From Octopus vulgaris (taxonomy: Eukaryota): a DNA stretch of 64,000 nucleotides. Below are positions 1-12,160 of this stretch, piece by piece (positions within the stretch are counted from its first letter, which is position 1; the number at the start of each line of letters is the position of its first letter). The notes under the pieces are model-generated. The model was given only the letters and a program-made list of their open reading frames with translations, was not told where the DNA came from and made no database searches. The stretch is taken from NCBI GenBank assembly GCA_951406725.2, contig OX597831.1:60822001-60886000 (forward strand), in the 5' to 3' direction. Made by a program: the position numbers and the translations under genes.

Positions 1-900
1 AGAATAACCAACATTTTCCACGATATACAACAAACCTACCAATACTCTTAAAGAACTCCAAAATGAGAAACCTTATAGAAAAAAGCTACCTACGAAATAG
101 TAAACGTTAAGAAAAAAAAGACGATATGGACTTCTTAAACAATGTTTCAATAAGGATAAACAAAGAAACTATTTTAGTCAGCTTTGATGTAGATTAGCCT
201 CTGCATTAATGCCCCCCGCCATACCTTAGACGAGAAGCAGTAGTATTCCGGATAAACAAACACACCCAAAAAATTCAAGAGGGATTCTCGAAGGAGTTCA
301 TACTAGTACTAGAAGACAACTACTTCTTTTTTTTACATTGAATGTTTCCTACAAATACAAGGAAACCGCAATGGGCATGAAAGTGGCACCGGCGTTTGCG
401 ACACTAGTAATGATAAATTTGGAAGAAAAATCCATTCTTTATCTAGCATTTCCTTTGTCCAAAACATCCATTCATACTTAGAGGGAAACTGGAAAGTTTC
501 TTGGATGAATGATTTATATTCTGGAACAAAAGTAAGGAGGACCTTACAAAATTTCTCGAAATGATAAGCAGCATTCATAGATCAATCCAATGCACTATGG
601 GAATGAATGAAATGGAACTCTTTCCTAGATATTTTAATAATCTAAGAAAATGAAATTATTACAACTGACATCGATTATAAAAACGTGGGCACGCACCAAT
701 ATTTAGATTTCAGTTCTTGCCATCCTTTGTATACAAAATGAAACATACCATTTAATATGACAAGACAGATATGCACAATAGTTTCGAATACAAACAAACG
801 AAAAAGATGACTTGCATAACTTAATTTGTTCCTTAAAAAATAAAAATACTCCTCCAAACTAATAAACCAAGCTATAGCTAAATTAGAATATTCCAATATC
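1..900 (+). mobile_element. Decayed Penelope-like (Neptune-type) RT fragment
   Basis: Frameshifted translation gives ETILVSFDV, LEDNYFFF..FLQIQG-TAMGMKVAPAFA and IITTDIDYK..THQYLDFSSCHP..NIPFNMTRQICTIVS; homologous to the PLE at 45500-47880. Confidence 0.8.
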
Positions 901-3230
901 TACATTACCAGAAAATCCTCTTTTAGTCCTTAGATTTAATAAGTATCTTCTACTTTTGTGTCGTAAAAGCACAACCTATGGGTTTTTGACGTGCTAAACG
1001 CCGAACCTACGACATAAAAGTTTCTAAGATCATATTTTATATTTATACTATTTTCCCCTTCGATTTACATGATTTATACAAATTCATGACTACAAATGCA
1101 TAACATTTTCACGTTACGCGGTGATTTTTAAAATTATTTTTTAATATGCTAGTCCTGTTTTTACAGTTTGTGTTGTGTGGTGGAGGACATCATGAATAGA
1201 ATAATTAATTAGCATTTCACTACCCTCTTATTTACTTCACAACAGAGTATTTAGTTTACGTATTTATTTTTATTGCTGGCATTGCAATTAGGCCTTTTCC
1301 ACACTCCTTGTTTAATTTCGTTTATTGGAATAATTGTCTAAAGGATTTTATTTACAGAAAGTTTTGCATCGAAAATGTAATCTAGAATATTGTATTTTAG
1401 TAAGAGGAAACTCTGATGCTACATTTTGTAAATATTACATGTTGTTAAGTATAACAGACACAAACATGAAATAAGTGTCATGAGTGTGAAGCAAGAAAAC
1501 GACATGCATATGGGAATGCATGTTTACATTTTTTTATGCTAGTGTGTTTATAAATATGTTTGAGTTTATATGCTGTTTTCCATGTATATGGTCTTTTGTA
1601 TGCGTGCATATATTTGTACGAGGGATCTTACTTTTTCAATATGTGTTGAGTGTTCACAAGTGCATGAAACCAAATAGTAAATGTCTTAAGTTAATTATAG
1701 TGGAGCCGAAAAGACTGTGCACGTCTCTATCTCTTCCGCAAAGAAATGCAAATTTCTCAGTGTAGCACTATCAGCTTTCATCTTATCTTCCTTCACCTAA
1801 TATAATTTACGCTCTCTTGAAAAGTTGTTCATCTGTTGCTGCCTTTACATGATTTACTTTGTCGGATTTCCTGTCACAAGTAGCAAGATGTTTACAGAAA
1901 ATTATAGAATCCAGCAACTAAAATTTTACCAGTAAGGTCATCAAATAAAGTTAATTTACACATGTGACGTTTTGCTTGTAATACAAAAAGTATGCGCATT
2001 ATATATAAGTGGGAGGTTGAGAGATAAGTTTCCAAGTGTGAAAAATTAAGCATGCGAAAGAATGTGAGCATATGAACTAGAATTGTTCATAAGTTTATGA
2101 AATATTTGCGCTTGTTTACAAAAGTGTGGTTATGTTTGTGCAAACATGTTTCAAGCGTACTAGAGTTTGCGCCATTGCTAATGTATCTGCCGACTTCAAT
2201 TCCATCCACTTGTATAAAAACATTACAACATCAACAACTTGGTTGATTTGAGCAATAAAAAAGTTTTAAACTGAAATCTGGAAAGCCTTTAGCAAGCATA
2301 AGCTTAATACATAAATACATCGCAGTAAAATATTTAACCGCTTTAGGGTTGATCACGCTCTTTGAAATGACAGCCGATTATATCTAGAAGTTAACACTGT
2401 TCTCCATGAAAAATGACAAAAGTAAAACACATTAAATATGTGATAAGATGATCAAGGTTAGAATGATCTTAGTCAGATTTTTGCATATATTAAATACTTC
2501 ATAGAACTAAACACAAAGTACAGATCAATAATACCCGGCCCCACGAACATATAGCAAATAATTATTCTCAATAGATTATGGAAAAAGCAACCCCGAATCC
2601 AAGTATAGTCAACCCCAGGACGATGACGTTGACGACGTCGACTACGATCAGGAGGAAGAGAAATTAAGGATTCACCCGTCGCTAAAAGCATTATTAATTT
2701 ACAGTCTATTGTTAAATATTTAGGAAAATTCTTCCAAGATTGTATAACGACGTTCCTTGCAATCTCATAACATCAGTTTTCCCAAAATACCGATAACTCT
2801 TCTATTTGTGTGACAAGGCAATTTCTGCCTCGCCCTGAACGATGATGGATGGATTTGAGGTTTATTCGGCTCCATTGTAATAACGTATTCTGATTGCTTT
2901 GCAGGATAAATAATTAACTTTGAACATTAGCTCTCGTACGTTGCCCAGTAATGAGAAGGTTAAGAGCAACTGCTTTAAATGGCCAGCTATTTAGCTGAGT
3001 GTTCAGAATGTCATAGCTGTAAAACTTCATCATAAATTTCGAATTAAATGTGCACACACAGAGGATGGGTGTTGCACATCTATACACAGATACTTACGCC
3101 TTATCATATGATTACTTACCCAAATACTTATGAAAATCTTGGAGTGTCTAACGTTTTTGTGTCTACACAAGCTTTATACTTTCTTACTATGTACACAATT
3201 TCTTCTTTATATAATCATAAAAATAATACC

Positions 3231-3266
3231 AATAATAATAATAACAACAACAACAACAACAACAAC

Positions 3267-3313
<47 letters not shown>

Positions 3314-3322
3314 TAATAATAA
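3231..3322. repeat. Compound (AAT)n/(AAC)n microsatellite
   Basis: Directly visible; source of the poly-N and poly-I ORFs. Confidence 0.98.
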
Positions 3323-3350
3323 CTAGCTGGACACGTGAAAAATTCACGGA
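3323..3350 (-). mobile_element. Helitron 3' terminus (hairpin + CTAG)
   Basis: Minus strand reads cgtgaa-ttt-ttcacg hairpin, then tgtccag-CTAG, then T. Confidence 0.6.
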
Positions 3351-3379
3351 AAACAAGCATCTGGAAACAGTGTACTGGT

Positions 3380-3560
3380 GCCGTGAGAAATGTTTGTATA
3401 TTATGACCGTCTGCCTTTAGGTTCTGAGTTCAAATTCTGCCGACGTCGACTTTGCCTTTCCTCCTTTCGGCTTTGCCTTCCGTCGATAATTTCAGTACCA
3501 TTTGTGTACTGGGATCGATCGGATCAGCTGGCCCCTCTCCACAAAAAGTTTCAGGCCTAG
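3380..3560 (+). mobile_element. Degenerate tRNA-derived SINE (family A)
   Basis: gttctgagttcaaattctgccgacgtcgactttgcc matches the copies at 13850-14620 and 35942-36525. Confidence 0.8.
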
Positions 3561-3739
3561 AAAAGTATATTGTGACAGTTACAGATTATAGAAAGTAATG
3601 TAACACCAATGGCTATATAATCCAACAAATATATCTCAGTTACACAAACGTAAATGGAATTACTATTTAACCTTAAAATACATTGTACATATTCAAAGAA
3701 CCATCTTGGTTTAGTGGTACAGAATATTGTTCTGGAATT

Positions 3740-3998
3740 CTTGTATTCTTTTACTTGTTTCAGTCATTTGATGTGGCCATGCCGGTGCACCACACTTACT
3801 CGAAGAAATTGACCCCTGGACTTATTCCCTGTAAGACTGGTTCTTATTCAATCAGTCTCTTCTGCAGAACAGCTAAATTACAGGGAGGCAAACTCGCCAA
3901 CATCGGTTGTAAAGTACTGGTGGTGGTGGGACAGACAGACACACACAGAAAAACATAACACATGCATACATACATACATACATATATACGACTGGCTT
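3740..3998 (-). mobile_element. CORE-SINE (OR2-like) 3' half
   Basis: ttttacttgtttcagtcatttga.tgtggccatgc is the reverse complement of the tail of 26163-26545. Confidence 0.75.
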
Positions 3999-4299
3999 GG
4001 AAGTAGTGGTGATGCTGGCTGGTGCGATTTTGTGTTTTGCTAATATGCCGAGAGAGATCTAGCGGGCCCCTAACTGGTTCTCCGATTTTAAAGGTGTAAT
4101 GTTGATGTGTAATGTGGATGTATAATGCTGGAACGACTGGTGTGGTGGTGATGCGTGTTTATATAACTAAAAATACCGTTGCAATTTCAATATTAACTGG
4201 TATATTCTGTATCCTGGCACCTGGGCCTGATATGAAATGCGTAGTTACTTTCCTCGGATTAACGTTTTCTCTGGCTGCTCTTTCTTCTTTTTGTTCAAC

Positions 4300-5270
4300 A
4301 GTGCACCTATTTCAATATGCTGCAGTATATGGATTATTCAGCATGACTGAAGAAAACTTTTCTATTACTGACTGCAAGCAATTAATATTTTCAGGCACTT
4401 CACTTCTTGTTTGTAAGGCTTCTTTAGAATCAACTATATAACGTTGAGTATACCTGCTAGGTTAATTATTTTCAGGCTTTGAGTTGCTTGCGTAATGATA
4501 GACTTGTCCTCGGAAGCAGAAACAGTATGGGCCACAAATCAGGAGGAAATGAAACATTGGCTCCAAATGAGGCGAATGAATACATTGTATAATAATGTCT
4601 GATGTTCTGCCTAAATTCATTCCTTCAATGTCGCTATTCTCCAAAAGATGTTTCAACTGGTCAGGATATTCTTGTAGGTTCGGCAAGGAAACCTTACCAT
4701 TATTGAAACAATTGTTTCCAGTGGAAATCTACTTGCATGACAGTGCAGGTATACTACGTTCATCCCAGCAACCGTAAATTGAGAATTTTGTTGTTCTTTT
4801 ATTACCTTCTGTCTTGTTATTTGAGCTCTGTCTGTCATAAGATAATTCTATGTTTTAGCTTCTACCATATTCTTCCTTCTTTCTTGAACCCTGTTTCTCA
4901 TATCTTGAAGGTAATTCTGCCTTTCGTTTTCGTCCATATGTTTCCTTCTTTATTGAGCTCTGTTATTTATATTATCTAAGTACAGCTGCCTTTGCTCTTG
5001 GCTCATGTGTTCTCGATTATGTTGATCTCTTTCTCTCTTATTTTGGAAATACACTTCCTTTTGGTGCTGGCTCATTTGTTCCATCCTTTGATGATTTATT
5101 TCCCTCATATCCCGTAGGATACTCTCCCTCTCCTCTTGATTTATTTCATTTCTTTTGTGTCTTATCCTCGCGCGATTTTTGTTCCTTATTTCCTCCTGTT
5201 GTTCCTCGCGCAATCGTCCTCCCCTTCTACGCTGACGGTCACGTGCTGCATCTCTCATGCAATAATCCAT
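4300..5270 (-). mobile_element. Helitron RepHel N-terminal fragment (pseudogene)
   Basis: R/E/Q-rich coiled region (ORF 4950-5270), then frameshifted GMNVVYLHCHASRFPLE..CFNNGKVSLPNL..RQNIRHYYTMYSFASFGAN..GPYCFCFRGQVYH, the typical Helitron N-terminal motifs. Confidence 0.85.
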
Positions 5271-6035
5271 ATTTCAAAACTTGTTATTAAAACAATAAAT
5301 CTCCAAAACAATACACAGTGTTTCAACTGAACAACATATGCGAATGTATTAGTGTTTATTCCCACCATGCGACCCTTATTATCGCAAACATGTTTTGACT
5401 AACCTAAACTATACGCACACTCAAATACATTCATGTATATATGTCTCTGTGTGTTCCTTTAGTTTTTGTTTGCTTACACACATCAAGAAATGAAACAGAA
5501 AGAAAAAACACAACGTTGTATTCCAATGAAAGAAAATTTAAAATTTAAATTTTGGAGCAAAACACCACATTTTTTAGTGTAATGTGGCAGTTGAAATGGG
5601 TAAAAGAAATGTGTGTGTTTGTGTATGTGTTTGTGAGTGAGGTCGGGCATTTAATAGCAGTTTAACGTCAGTCGTAGAAAAAGAACTCAAAAACAGCAAA
5701 ACGCACAGTCATGCACAAACATACGCAAACACATACCTAGAGAGAGAGGCAGACAGACAGTAAATCTCAGATAGCTCACAACGAAGTCTTCATCTCTCTC
5801 TCTCTCTCTCATTCTCTCTCAGTTTTCCCTTACTATTAAAGCAGTAAATGTCCAAAATCTTTTAGTGTTTGAATTGAAAATCATATATGAATGTATTAGA
5901 CAGTTTTTGTATAGGATACGGTATCCAATATTTGCTTCATAACACAATAAAAATACCACATACCTTTAAGTCACCACTCACTCCTCTTTCATATCTCTCT
6001 CTCACTCTCTCTCTGCATGTATATATATATATATA

Positions 6036-6170
6036 CCGGAGTAAACACATAAATGTGAAACAAGGTGGAGTACTCAAATACCAGTGGTAGAATAATATGC
6101 TTTATTTAAACGGCAACGGGAAACTCAGAGTAACATGTTTTGTTGAATTTTCTGCTGCTTTAAATAAATT
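6036..6170. mobile_element. Collapsed PLE-terminus-like insert in (TA)n with HHR 3' half
   Basis: Inverted tttatttaaa / tttaaataaa flank gaaactcagagta, the same stem III as the HHR of the adjacent PLE. Confidence 0.45.
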
Positions 6171-6278
6171 ATATATATATATATTGATAAAACGGTAAGA
6201 TAACAAAAGAAAGGAAGAGATCTCAATATTATGTAAATAGAGGAAATTTATCTATACAATAATATGTTACATTACTCG

Positions 6279-6354
6279 ATAGTCAAGATAAAACTCTGAG
6301 TTTCAGATGCCGAAGTGGAAATCCACAACACCATCTCTTCGGTTATCTGGCTAT
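6279..6354 (-). ncRNA. Type I hammerhead-like motif in PLE terminal repeat
   Basis: atagccagataa-CCGAAGA-gatg..catc-t-GAAA-ctcagag-UU-ttatcttgactat. Confidence 0.6.
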
Positions 6355-6540
6355 TTGAAAACGCTATGAAAAAATACCGTTAAATAAAGGGAAATTACTC
6401 TGTTATAACTCTGCTTGCCTGCGTACTTATACATCGCTCGCATTTTTCGTCATAAATATTATATAAAAATACATAAAAAATGTATAAAGATATATAAAAA
6501 TATATAAAATCTTCTTGGGACATAACATAGAAAGTATGTT

Positions 6541-7160
6541 CTATCTGTTTTCTTTAGGGGGCCAAAAACGTAACAGAAATTTAGTCACATGAGGGCATGA
6601 TCCGAAAAGTTCTGTTCTTGTATTTAGACATGTAGTAGGGTCTAAGCTGCTTTTCCAGATAAGCCATCTCTCCATGTCGCATAGACCGCACCTTCCGCTG
6701 CCGTCGGTATAGGGCTTACATCTGGCCAAAATCTTCCATTGTATGTTATAATCGATACCTTTATCTCTTAAAGACCAAATATGATTAGATAATTGTGTCG
6801 CTTTTCTTTTGTTACAGTGCCTAAAGCTCAAAGTGTGGTTATTTAACCTGGCCTTGAAATTACCCTCTGTAAGGCCCACGTATTTCTTCGTCGAAACGGT
6901 GTCTTTAGTGGTTATAGAGTTTACGGTAGCTTCATATACGATGGTCTTGGACATGCAAGCTTCATTTAGCGGGCACAATTCTTTATTCCTACATGAACAG
7001 CTGTTTTCTTGTTGTGTTTTTTGTATGTTATGTTTGATTATGTTTTTAAAATTGGTAGTTGAACTAAAACTAATTTTTAAATCGTGTCTATTGAAGAGTT
7101 TCCTATAAGTATGGTTAACTGGAAAATGTCTATCTATCAGTGCTAGGAAATATTTACCTT
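6541..7160 (-). pseudogene. PLE Cys-rich linker + GIY-YIG endonuclease
   Basis: GKYFLALIDRHFP..CSCRNKELCPLNEACM..IVYEATV..KKYVGLTEGNFKARLNNH..CGLCDMER..LNTRTELFGSCPH. Confidence 0.9.
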
Positions 7161-8267
7161 CCTTTTCCTTACTGTTGGGCTAGTGATAGGTGTATATTTC
7201 ATTTTTTCGCTAAAACCACTATCTTTTAAAGTCTTATTATAAACTGGGGCAACGCTATTGAAGATGTCCTTATCAGAGGAGAGGCTAGAAATCCTCTTAC
7301 TAATATTTTTAACTAAATTTTTGAATACTATAGGGGGATGGCATGAACCTACATTAATATAACTTAGTCTATCATTGGGCTTCCTATAAGGCTTATAAAT
7401 ATTCTTATTAAGATCTAAGGAAACGTCTAAGAAATTGACAACCGTCAGGTTAGTATCTATAGTTATACTAATTCCGAAGTATTTCATTAACTGGATAATA
7501 TCCTTCCTAAAACGATCTTGTGCTGGTCCATTTGTATTAGCTGTTAAGGCGAGGGCATCATCTTTGTAGATGACGAAATGTACGTTAGGGAATGTCTTAC
7601 CTAAGGTATTTAGGAGAAAAAGTCCAATTAGATCACAGATGCCTGCCCCATCATATGAGCCCATGCTCACATCGAAAGCGCCCTCTGTGTCGGTGTTTTT
7701 TACCCACTTTGCGTTCTCACTGCTAAGTAATGTCTTTCTAGCATGGAAGATTATGTCCTTATCATTGGTACTAATTTCTATGAAGTCGCTAGCGAAGATG
7801 AGGGCTTTATCTAGCAGTTCTTTAGAGATAGAAGTATAAAAATCAACAATACCTAATAGTGTAAACCTCGCTTTTTTCTTATTCTTAATAGTTTTAAACC
7901 AGTCTACGACTCCTATACTATTGGACCATTGTACTAGCCTAGTATCAGTCTCAATTTTCATATTTATTTTATCTAAAATTTCTTTACTAATAATCCCAAG
8001 TTCTGACTTGGCTGGGTTGATAAGCCTACATTTAGGGTTGGAAAGGAAGTTTTCTTTGTGATCTTTAATAGTAATAAAGGCCTCTTTTTGGGGAGGGCTT
8101 CTATTTTTTTTATCTAATTTAAGTTTAGCGGCGATGACGCTAGCTTCTTTATTAATTTCGTTATATGTCTGTGCCCTAGCCTTAGTACAATTATTAATGA
8201 TGCTGTTGTGTAAGAGTTGTGTGTATTTGCTGTTATCTACCAGGTATAAGTTCTTGGTTTTATCCGA
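7143..8267 (-). pseudogene. PLE reverse transcriptase (inactive)
   Basis: KDHKENF..CRLINPAKSELG, DVSMGSYDGA, YKDD, VNFLDV, YKPYRKPND..HPP. The first catalytic Asp reads G (LLGIVDFY), and a deletion after RKRK frameshifts it away from the endonuclease. Confidence 0.9.
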
Positions 8268-8818
8268 AAATAACCACACTTTGAGCTTTAGGCACTGGAA
8301 CAAAAGAAAAGCGACACAATTATCTAATCATATTTGGTCTTTAAGAGATAAAGGTATCGATTATAACATACAATGGAAGATTTTTGCCAGATGTAAGCCC
8401 TATACCCACGGCAGCGGAAGGTGCGGTCTATGCGACATGGAGAGATGGCTTATAAATACAAGTACAGAACTTTTCGGATCATGCCCTCATGTGACTAAAT
8501 TTCTGTTACGTTTTTGGCCCCCTAAAGAAAACAGATAGAACATGCTTTCTATGTTATGTCCCAAGAAGATTTTATATATTTTTATATATTTTTATATATT
8601 TTTTATGTATTTTTATATAATTTTTATGACGAAAAATGCGAGCGATGTATAAGTACGCAGGCAAGCAGAGTTATAACAGAGTAATTTCCCTATATTTAAC
8701 GGTATTTTTTCATAGCGTTTTCAAATAGCCAGATAACCGAAGAGATGGTGTTGTGGATTTCCACTTCGGCATCTGAAACTCAGAGTTTTATGTTGACTAT
8801 CGAGTAATGTAACGTATT

Positions 8819-8826
<8 letters not shown>
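8268..8826 (+). repeat. Inverted pseudo-LTR arm (endonuclease C-terminus + 3' UTR)
   Basis: Reverse complement of 6253-6844 with a 33-bp deletion (WKSSLDPTTCL missing). Confidence 0.95.
8725..8800 (+). ncRNA. Type I hammerhead-like motif (inverted arm copy)
   Basis: Same motif as 6279-6354; core CCGAAGA at 8737-8743, GAAA at 8775-8778. Confidence 0.6.
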
Positions 8827-8880
<54 letters not shown>

Positions 8881-8914
8881 CATATATATCGGGTTGTAGC
8901 TGTAATTCAAAAGA

Positions 8915-9015
8915 TCCAGCTTTGTCATATTCTCTGCCAGGCTTAAACTGCCTGAGGACTACGCTAAAGTTATACATGTCTGTGAGGTACTCAGCCATCT
9001 GTGAGTTAATTTTAT
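8915..9015 (+). mobile_element. Degenerate SINE body (family of 50288-50633)
   Basis: gaggactacgctaaagttatacatgtctgtgaggtactcagcca resembles the reverse complement of 50370-50465. Confidence 0.55.
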
Positions 9016-9049
9016 CCTCATGTGGTAATGAATAGTGAAACTGACATCC

Positions 9050-9548
9050 AATATTTGCTGTGTGTATGTATCTTTGTATGAACTATTCTTTGGATTCATC
9101 TATCTGCTGTCTCTCACAGATTCTCTCTTTCTCTTTCTCTTCCATTCTGTACCTGTTCTCTCCCGCTTTTGATTTAACAATGTGTATATGTATCTATGTA
9201 TCTACTTCTCTTGCGAGAAACGGCGTCACCACTCTGTCTCTTTCACTCTCTCTCTTTCTCTCTCACATTTTCTCTCCCTGACTCTCTTTCTCTATTACGT
9301 CCTCTCTGAAACATTTAAAAAGACAAAACGAACGCCGTCACCACTCCCTGTCTGTTCCACTGTCTTTCACTCTTTCTCACTTCCTTTCTGAAACATCTAA
9401 AAGCACAAAACAAACGCCATCACCACTAACTCTCTCTCACGCTTACTTCCTATGTGTCCTCTTCTCACTCGCTTTGCCACTTCTCTAAAGTGTTACGCAC
9501 ACAACAGGTACGTACAAAAGCATAGTGTTAGCGTATTAATATTATAGA
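9050..9548 (-). mobile_element. Non-autonomous Helitron 5' part
   Basis: Minus strand begins A|TCTATAATATTAATAC at 9548; internal aacgccgtcaccact-type repeats and CT tracts. Confidence 0.5.
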
Positions 9549-9623
9549 TGATAATAATAATAATAACAGCACAATTATACATGCATATATACATAAATAT
9601 ACATATGCACGCACGCACACACA

Positions 9624-9711
<88 letters not shown>

Positions 9712-9712
<1 letters not shown>

Positions 9713-10158
9713 TTTGGGTATGGTAGATGAGTTCAGCAAAAATTTAAATGCAGATGAATATGGTACTTAAGTTGCGGCACCAGAATTTAGTACGGTATTA
9801 TCCATACAATTTCAAAGTATGGTGATTAAAATCAAAATAAGCAACAAGGAATCATTACATCAGTATTAAATGTAGAGCAATCGTCAGCTGCACAAAGACA
9901 TAGAAATTAATTTAAGTAGAACATATGGACACATTAGTATAATTATACCTAAAATCCCCAACTTCTTGGAGATTTTAGGTATAATTATACTAATGAGTCC
10001 ATCTGTTCTAATTAAATTAAATTCTATGTCTTTGTTCAGCTGAAGATTGCTCTAGCTTTTAAACGGATGCAATGATTGCATTGTTCAATGAAATGGAGTT
10101 GCATGAAACGATCGTACTGCATTACCTCTGGATATCCTTGTTGCCTATTTTGATTTTA
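9712..10158. mobile_element. Fold-back non-autonomous element with hammerhead
   Basis: Arms 9827-9961 and 9966-10158 are inverted about ccaa-cttc-ttgg; unique tail 9712-9826; (TA)n flanks; the tail recurs at 63805-63937. Confidence 0.8.
10035..10121 (+). ncRNA. Type I hammerhead with long stem II insert
   Basis: cag-CUGAAGA (10040-46)..GAAA (10105-08)-cgatcg-UA-ctg; the left arm preserves tgcag-CUGACGA, complementary to ctgca. Confidence 0.6.
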
Positions 10159-10165
10159 TACATAT

Positions 10166-10198
<33 letters not shown>

Positions 10199-11042
10199 AG
10201 AGTTATTTGCGTATGATACATATTCTTATTACAGTAGAAATATTCAGTTTTATAAATAAGCTACAGAAAGTATTATACAGAGTTATAACTGTAAACATCT
10301 CCCAGACGGTTGCATATATTTGCTGTAGTAAATTAAAATTGTGCATTACGCACAGTGGTAATTTTTTTATTTCAGTAAATGTAATCTCGCTTTCGGATCG
10401 CTATATTTTATCTTTATGACTGTTTGATTACTTTTGCATCAGCCCAATATTTTCAAAATCATAAAATCCATGTTTTAGTAACGTTGGCATTCACGTTGTA
10501 TATTTTGTTGTTAAGAACATTAAGAAGAATATGTTGCTTCACATTATTTGCAGTAATGTTTTGTTTAATTTTCGTCGTATGCATTTCTCCTGTGCAAACA
10601 TATCTATATATGCCAATACTTGCGACTATTATTTTTATCCTTTACTTTCCTTTCATATCTTGACGACAACTTTATGTGATATATCGCTCCACTCATCACC
10701 GTATATTTCGCCTAACATGCTGCTGTATCTTTTTATTATATATTAATGGCAAAATGTGTATGATTGAGCATTCGGTTCCGTTTCAATATCACCCGCATTT
10801 TTGATGATTATATCTTGAAAAAAATATTTGTACGGCGTGTCTTTTTAATTCGCTCACGCTCTGCCTCCTTGATGAGTATATTTGGACATACATGCATATG
10901 CATATATATATATATATATATCTCTAGATATATATATACAGATATATACATATATTGTGAGGGAAAGAGGGATAGAGATGTGTGCATTTATTTATCTTTA
11001 TGCATGAATGCACATACGTACATGCGCGTATATATACATGTA

Positions 11043-11090
<48 letters not shown>

Positions 11091-11476
11091 GTACGTGTGT
11101 GTGTGAGCGTGTGAGTGTGTGAGCGTGCGTGTGTGTGTGTGTGTGCGTGTATGTGTGTGTATGCCAAATTACACTGTAATTTCCGACGGGTAATTTCTGG
11201 TTCGCTATACTGAAATGAAATATTAATAGGGATGTATATTTGCAATAGTTTCAACGGCAATTTAGTCGTCACTAATAGTGACTGCATGTGCTACGAGCAC
11301 ATATGTTTTTAGATATAGCAGTTAAACCATTTATGGCTACAAAAAAGCACAATGTTCAATACTGCTAGGCAAGGCAACCGCCCCATGTGCGCAGCGCATC
11401 TAGAACACTGGACTGAACAGTTTCATTTTAACGGGAGTTGTCAACGATGGTCTTCCATCGTTTCGATCTCGAATTA

Positions 11477-11605
11477 CTGTGTGGTAAGTAGGTTGCCTCC
11501 TAATCAAAGGATTCCGTGCTCAGTCCCACCGTAAAAAACCTAGGGCAAGTGACTTCTACTGTATCTTCGGACTGACCAAAAGCTTGTGAGTGGATTTGTA
11601 TGTGT

Positions 11606-11663
<58 letters not shown>

Positions 11664-11750
11664 ATATATATATTATACATATTATAGCCTTAGGTTGATC
11701 AAAGTCTTGTGAGTGGGTTTGGTACAATGAAACTGAAAGACTCTCGTATA
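11477..11750 (+). mobile_element. CORE-SINE 5' part interrupted by (TA)n with internal duplication
   Basis: gtggtaagtagg..gggcaagtgacttctactgta..ttgtgagtggatttg; second tatagccttagg..ttgtgagtggg block after the (TA)n. Confidence 0.75.
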
Positions 11751-11974
11751 CAGACATGGACGAAGTAAATAGACACTTTTAATTTCAAAATCTTTTATTT
11801 GATATTAATTGCATGGAGGAGAGGTTTTCTTCTAGTTGCTCGTCCATAATACCCAAGCTTATGCAGATATATAACATACGTTCTTGGACTAACTGCTAGC
11901 AGTTTCGCAATGTCAGATTCGTTTTCCACAATTCTTTTCAAACTATCTATCATCTATCTATCTATCTATATATC

Positions 11975-12008
<34 letters not shown>

Positions 12009-12009
12009 T

Positions 12010-12160
12010 ACGACGGGTTTACAGTTTCCGTCAACCAAATCAACTCAAAAGGTTTTGGTCGGTCCGACCCTATCGTAGACGACACTTGCCCAAGATAATA
12101 CGCAGTAGGATTGAACTCAGAATGATATAGTTTGGAAGCAAGCTTCTTACCACAGATCAG
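12010..12160 (-). mobile_element. CORE-SINE 5' part
   Basis: gacacttgcccaag (reverse complement of the CORE motif cttgggcaagtgtc) and caagcttcttaccaca. Confidence 0.75.

Larger units (their letters stand above)
6184..8826 (-). mobile_element. Penelope-like element, Naiad-type, 5'-truncated with inverted terminal copy
   Basis: RT plus GIY-YIG on the minus strand; arms 6253-6844 and 8268-8826 are inverted copies; one-sided tail 6184-6252; (TA)n on both flanks. Confidence 0.92.

Noticed and set aside
4950-5270. Host coiled-coil protein gene
   Set aside because: It lies directly upstream of Helitron RepHel motifs on the same strand and is best read as their low-complexity N-terminus.
6541-8267. 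Selenoprotein-type Naiad (in-frame UGA at Cys positions)
   Set aside because: The conserved Cys codons in the linker and endonuclease are TGT/TGC; the RT-endonuclease break is a deletion frameshift, not a UGA.
8134-8538. Independent plus-strand nuclease gene
   Set aside because: It is a chimera of antisense RT and the inverted arm, and it lacks the GIY-YIG N-terminal motifs.
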